Positions 60,410 to 64,000 of a stretch of DNA of 64,000 nucleotides are shown one piece after another; within the stretch, counting starts at the first letter, position 1, and every line of letters begins with the position of its first letter. A model generated the notes under the pieces. That model had not been told where the DNA came from, did no database searches, and saw only the letters and a list, made by a program, of their open reading frames with translations. The position numbers and the translations under genes are program-made. Source of the stretch: Balanoglossus misakiensis (Eukaryota; Animalia; Hemichordata). The stretch lies in contig JBECUI020000034.1 in NCBI GenBank assembly GCA_040954595.2, forward strand, positions 1 through 64,000, read 5' to 3'.

Positions 60410-61578
60410 TGGCACATACCATGAGAAAATGGGAACGATTACTGTTTTGGATTATTCTTGGACTTATAGTTCTTGTTGTCGGCATTGTATCAGTCTATAT
60501 TTTCTTCCAGTCCCAAAGTGATGCCATTACTGCTACTGTAGAGCAGCAAGAAAACATTCGCATCCTTTTTGTCATTCACGATAATGATGAAATCCTTACC
60601 TCGAACTTGTTGTTCTATCAGCCAATAACCGGAAAGGGCATGGTCCTGTATGTGCCCCCGAATCTTGGCGTCTTGTTACCGGTACGGAATAAACATGTTC
60701 GCATTTCCGAGATATTTCAGCCGGATGGTCCGGATAGTTATATTGAGTTATTAGCTACGGCAATTAGGCGAGATATTCACTACTACATGCTTGTTACTTC
60801 CGAACAGATGGCAGATATGCTTGATCTACTCGGTGGCATATCAATAGATATTCCAGATGAGATCACAAAAGAAACAAAACCCTACTTGTTAAATGGAGAT
60901 ACCATCATACACTATCTTAATAATGTTCCCGAAGACCCCAGGCTTCGTATTCCTCATTTCAACAATCTCGTTGTTCGTCTTATTCATACATTCGGCGAGC
61001 AAAGTGAACGCCTATTACACAGCGATGTACAAAGAGTGTTTAACAGCATCGTTACTACGAATCTTGGTGGTAGTGCTATGCGCAGCCTTATTGCCTATTT
61101 TGCACAAGTAAGCGAGGGACAGGTCTTCCAACGACATATTCGCGGAGTGGAACGGGTTGTGCAAGTCGGAGAAGGGGAAGAGGTTTTTCTCTTTCCCTAT
61201 TTTGATGGTCAGTGGCTCCTGCGCACTGTCGAACAATTTGAGCAGTCACTTATGGATCCCTCAAGCAACATGGAACAGCTGTTTATGCAAATTGTCCTTC
61301 TAAACGGGACCAGTATAAACGGGCTTGCCCGACGGACGCAAAGTCTATTTGAGCGGTATGGATTTGATGTCATTACTATCGGCAATGCACCGAGAAATGA
61401 TATTGACCAGACAGTTATTATAAGTCATAATGAGAATGTGGCCATTGCCCAACGTATTTCTGAAATTATTCGTACAACGAATGTAACATATGAGCAGAAT
61501 ACACAGGGCATTGATGCGACAATTATATTAGGAAATGACTTTGACGGAGTATATGTCAGAGAACGAGATACAGAATAG
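60409..61578 (+). CDS. LCP family protein with LytR C-terminal domain
   Basis: N-terminal TM helix, LDLLGGI, LLNGTSINGLARR, GNA and IILGNDF. Confidence 0.85.
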   Translation: MAHTMRKWERLLFWIILGLIVLVVGIVSVYIFFQSQSDAITATVEQQENIRILFVIHDNDEILTSNLLFYQPITGKGMVLYVPPNLGVLLPVRNKHVRISEIFQPDGPDSYIELLATAIRRDIHYYMLVTSEQMADMLDLLGGISIDIPDEITKETKPYLLNGDTIIHYLNNVPEDPRLRIPHFNNLVVRLIHTFGEQSERLLHSDVQRVFNSIVTTNLGGSAMRSLIAYFAQVSEGQVFQRHIRGVERVVQVGEGEEVFLFPYFDGQWLLRTVEQFEQSLMDPSSNMEQLFMQIVLLNGTSINGLARRTQSLFERYGFDVITIGNAPRNDIDQTVIISHNENVAIAQRISEIIRTTNVTYEQNTQGIDATIILGNDFDGVYVRERDTE

Positions 61579-61915
61579 TTTTATTAATAGTCTTGCACGA
61601 TACATCGAAGAACAACATGGTAGCAATGTTGTTGCACTTGATATTGGCAAGCAGTTTGTTATTGCAGATTATGCACTTATTGCGACAAGCAGAAATTCCA
61701 TACATGCAAAAACACTTGCCGAACGAATCACTTCCTTTTTGCCGGAGCATGGAATACTTCCCGTGCATCGTCGGCGGAATTTTGAAGAGCAGAGTGGATG
61801 GATCATTATTGATTGTGATAATCTCATAATTCATATTATGAGTGAGCAACAACGCTCATTTTACCAGTTGGAAAAACTCTGGTACGAATCGCCGTATGTA
61901 TATGGTTCTGCTTGA
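61553..61915 (+). CDS. rsfS: ribosome silencing factor
   Basis: VALD, ADYALIAT, WIIIDC...IHIM...RSFYQLEKLW. Confidence 0.95.
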   Translation: MSENEIQNSFINSLARYIEEQHGSNVVALDIGKQFVIADYALIATSRNSIHAKTLAERITSFLPEHGILPVHRRRNFEEQSGWIIIDCDNLIIHIMSEQQRSFYQLEKLWYESPYVYGSA

Positions 61916-61950
61916 ACTATCTAATCGTTTATGATATTATTTGCCAATAA

Positions 61951-62024
61951 TGGGGTGTGGACAAGTGGTCTAAGTCACCGGGTTTTGGTCCCGGAATTCG
62001 CAGGTTCGAATCCTGCCACCCCAG
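61951..62024 (+). tRNA. tRNA-Gln(TTG)
   Basis: Acceptor TGGGGTG/CACCCCA, anticodon arm CCGGG-TTTTGGT-CCCGG, T arm GGTTCGAATCC; no encoded CCA. Confidence 0.96.
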
Positions 62025-62045
62025 GAATTTTATTTGGAGGAAAAG

Positions 62046-62666
62046 GTGCAGCGGGTATTACTAGAAGTAAATAAAAGAGAGACAAATGGAAAATCGGCGA
62101 GCAAACAACTTCGTCGTGAAGGGTATATCCCTGCAGTTGTCTATGGTGTTGGAGACCCAACATCAATATCTGTGGAGTCACGGCGTATGAGCAGTGCTTT
62201 TTCATACGTTTCTGAAAACATTCTTATCAATCTTGTTATAGATGGAAAGGATAAGCGTGAGGTTCTGATTAAGGATTATCAACGCAACCCCCTAACTGAT
62301 GACATACTGCATATTGATTTTCTGGAAGTTCGTCAGGACCAGGTTTTGAAGACCCATGTACCCGTGCGACTTATTGGAACGTCCACCGGTGTTCGAGAGG
62401 GTGGAATTCTGGAACAGCATCTGCATGAACTGGAAGTTGAATGTCTTCCGAAAAATCTGCCTGAACGCTTTGAGGTCGATATTTCTGATTTAGCTATTGG
62501 TGATGGCGCACATGTTTCGGATATACCTATTCCTGATGGAGTAAAGATATTGGACGAGACAGAGAGTATTGTTGTTCTTGTTAGTGCTGCAAAGGCGGCT
62601 GCTATCGTAGAGGAAGAAGAAACAGAGGCAGAAGAGGGTATTGCCGAAGAAACAAGCGAGGAGTAA
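62046..62666 (+). CDS. rplY: 50S ribosomal protein L25/Ctc
   Basis: LRREGYIPAVVYG, ILHIDF and GVREGG; GTG start after GGAGG. Confidence 0.96.
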   Translation: MQRVLLEVNKRETNGKSASKQLRREGYIPAVVYGVGDPTSISVESRRMSSAFSYVSENILINLVIDGKDKREVLIKDYQRNPLTDDILHIDFLEVRQDQVLKTHVPVRLIGTSTGVREGGILEQHLHELEVECLPKNLPERFEVDISDLAIGDGAHVSDIPIPDGVKILDETESIVVLVSAAKAAAIVEEEETEAEEGIAEETSEE

Positions 62667-62670
62667 TCCT

Positions 62671-63258
62671 TTGCCTACTTGTGTGTTAATTGTCGGGTTG
62701 GGGAACCCTGGCAATCAATACGTGAAGACACGCCATAATGTTGGATTTCGTGTAGTTGATGCATTGGCAAACAGGCAAGAAGTTTCTTTGTGCAAACCGG
62801 TATTCTCAGAATATTTATTTGCATCTTTTAATTACGAAGGATGTCGTTTCTATCTCTGCAAACCCCTTACCTATATGAACAGGTCCGGACTTGTCTTGCC
62901 CCGTTTAATGCGTAAAACAGGTGTTAGCCCTGCCGACATAGTAGTTATTGCCGATACAGTCGATTTACCTGTTGGTTCCTTGCGGATAAAAAAGGGTGGC
63001 AGAAGCACAAGCCATAATGGGTTACGCTCAATTAATTCGATACTGCCTGCTGCCGAGTATCTGCGCCTCTATGTAGGGGTTGGGCATAACAAAACAATGG
63101 AACGGGCGAGATATGTTCTTGCCCCTTGGTCGAATAGTGAAGACAGCTTGTACGACAACACATTTGAACGGGCGGCGGTTCATCTGGAGTACCTTGCAAG
63201 TAAACCATTGCAATCGATTATGAATTTGCTTAATGAAAAAACAAAGTTCTCCAGTTGA
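62671..63258 (+). CDS. pth: peptidyl-tRNA hydrolase
   Basis: LIVGLGNPG, TRHNVGF, KPLTYMNRSG and HNGLRS. Confidence 0.95.
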   Translation: MPTCVLIVGLGNPGNQYVKTRHNVGFRVVDALANRQEVSLCKPVFSEYLFASFNYEGCRFYLCKPLTYMNRSGLVLPRLMRKTGVSPADIVVIADTVDLPVGSLRIKKGGRSTSHNGLRSINSILPAAEYLRLYVGVGHNKTMERARYVLAPWSNSEDSLYDNTFERAAVHLEYLASKPLQSIMNLLNEKTKFSS

Positions 63259-64000
63259 ATTATTGATACGGGAAGTTGATTGCCTATTAGATACCATACA
63301 GTCGCATAGTACCATTCTTGTTGCCTATTCTGGTGGAGTGGACAGCACTGTCTTGTTTTCTTTACTCAAGCAACGTGCTCCCTTGTACGATCTTCATCCG
63401 GAAATAGTCTATGTCGACCATGCCATTCGTCCGAAGAAAGAGCGACAAGATGAGCTATTGCATATTCAGGAGCAATCAAGACCCTATCCCTTACATGTAT
63501 ACCCGATCAGTACACCCATGCAGCCGGAACCGGGTACAAGTGTAGAAGCACGAGCACGAGAAGAACGATACCGCTGTTTTCGAAAAGCAGCCGAAGAAAC
63601 AGGAGCACGGGCTATCTTTCTTGCACATCATCAAGATGATCAGATAGAAACCGTTTTTCTCCAGTTCTTACGCAGCGGTTCCTTACGTGCTATTCGAGCA
63701 ATGCAAGCTGTTCGTATTCTCTTCGATGATATACGACTCTATCGCCCCTTACTGAAAATTTCCAGTGCAATTATCCTTCGTTATGCAGAGCAGGCAAAAC
63801 TGGTATGGAAAGAAGACAGTACCAACAAGAATATGAAGTATTCTCGTAACTATTTGCGGCACCAGCTCATTCCGGCGATAGCAGAATCGTTTCCCGGCTA
63901 TCGAAAGTCCTTGCTGCGTACTGCCCAAGAGGCAAGCGAGTTAATTGAGATCATGGACAGCCGTCTTATCAGCGGAAGTGAATCGGAGGAAGGAATTCGG
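63233..64000 (+). CDS. tilS: tRNA(Ile)-lysidine synthetase, partial (runs off the window)
   Basis: VAYSGGVDS, VDHAIR, EARAREERY, LAHHQDDQIET, RPLL and EDSTN...SRNYLR read from the DNA. Confidence 0.95.
   Translation, partial: MKKQSSPVELLIREVDCLLDTIQSHSTILVAYSGGVDSTVLFSLLKQRAPLYDLHPEIVYVDHAIRPKKERQDELLHIQEQSRPYPLHVYPISTPMQPEPGTSVEARAREERYRCFRKAAEETGARAIFLAHHQDDQIETVFLQFLRSGSLRAIRAMQAVRILFDDIRLYRPLLKISSAIILRYAEQAKLVWKEDSTNKNMKYSRNYLRHQLIPAIAESFPGYRKSLLRTAQEASELIEIMDSRLISGSESEEGIR

Overview
64 kb of a spirochaete (Spirochaetia) chromosome, judged from flaA, cheX, a spiro-SPASM protein and the rplU-prp-rpmA-obg-nadD-LCP-rsfS-tRNA-Gln-rplY-pth-tilS order. From left to right: xseAB; a tightly overlapping spiro-SPASM / glycosyltransferase / SpsF cytidylyltransferase / PseG-methyltransferase / ATP-grasp / amidase / GerMN operon; flaA-cheA(W)-cheX-cheY with a tRNA-Val overlapping the cheY stop codon; three sugar ABC systems with isomerase, mutarotase, kinase and a frameshifted ThDP E1 enzyme; two accessory surface-protein islands; a dpp operon; and a ribosomal/translation block. 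One island encodes a 1724-aa lipoprotein with about 11 tandem ~100-aa repeats. The other encodes two GLUG-like paralogues and is bracketed by five copies of an unnamed ~90-bp structured repeat. The best candidates for new biology are that repeat-bounded island, the cheY/tRNA overlap, a perfect 31-bp palindrome before cheA and the spiro-SPASM glycan operon. Several single-base indels in T runs could be long-read errors. No CRISPR array, transposase, integrase or reverse transcriptase was seen. All family calls come from motif recognition by eye, not from database searches.
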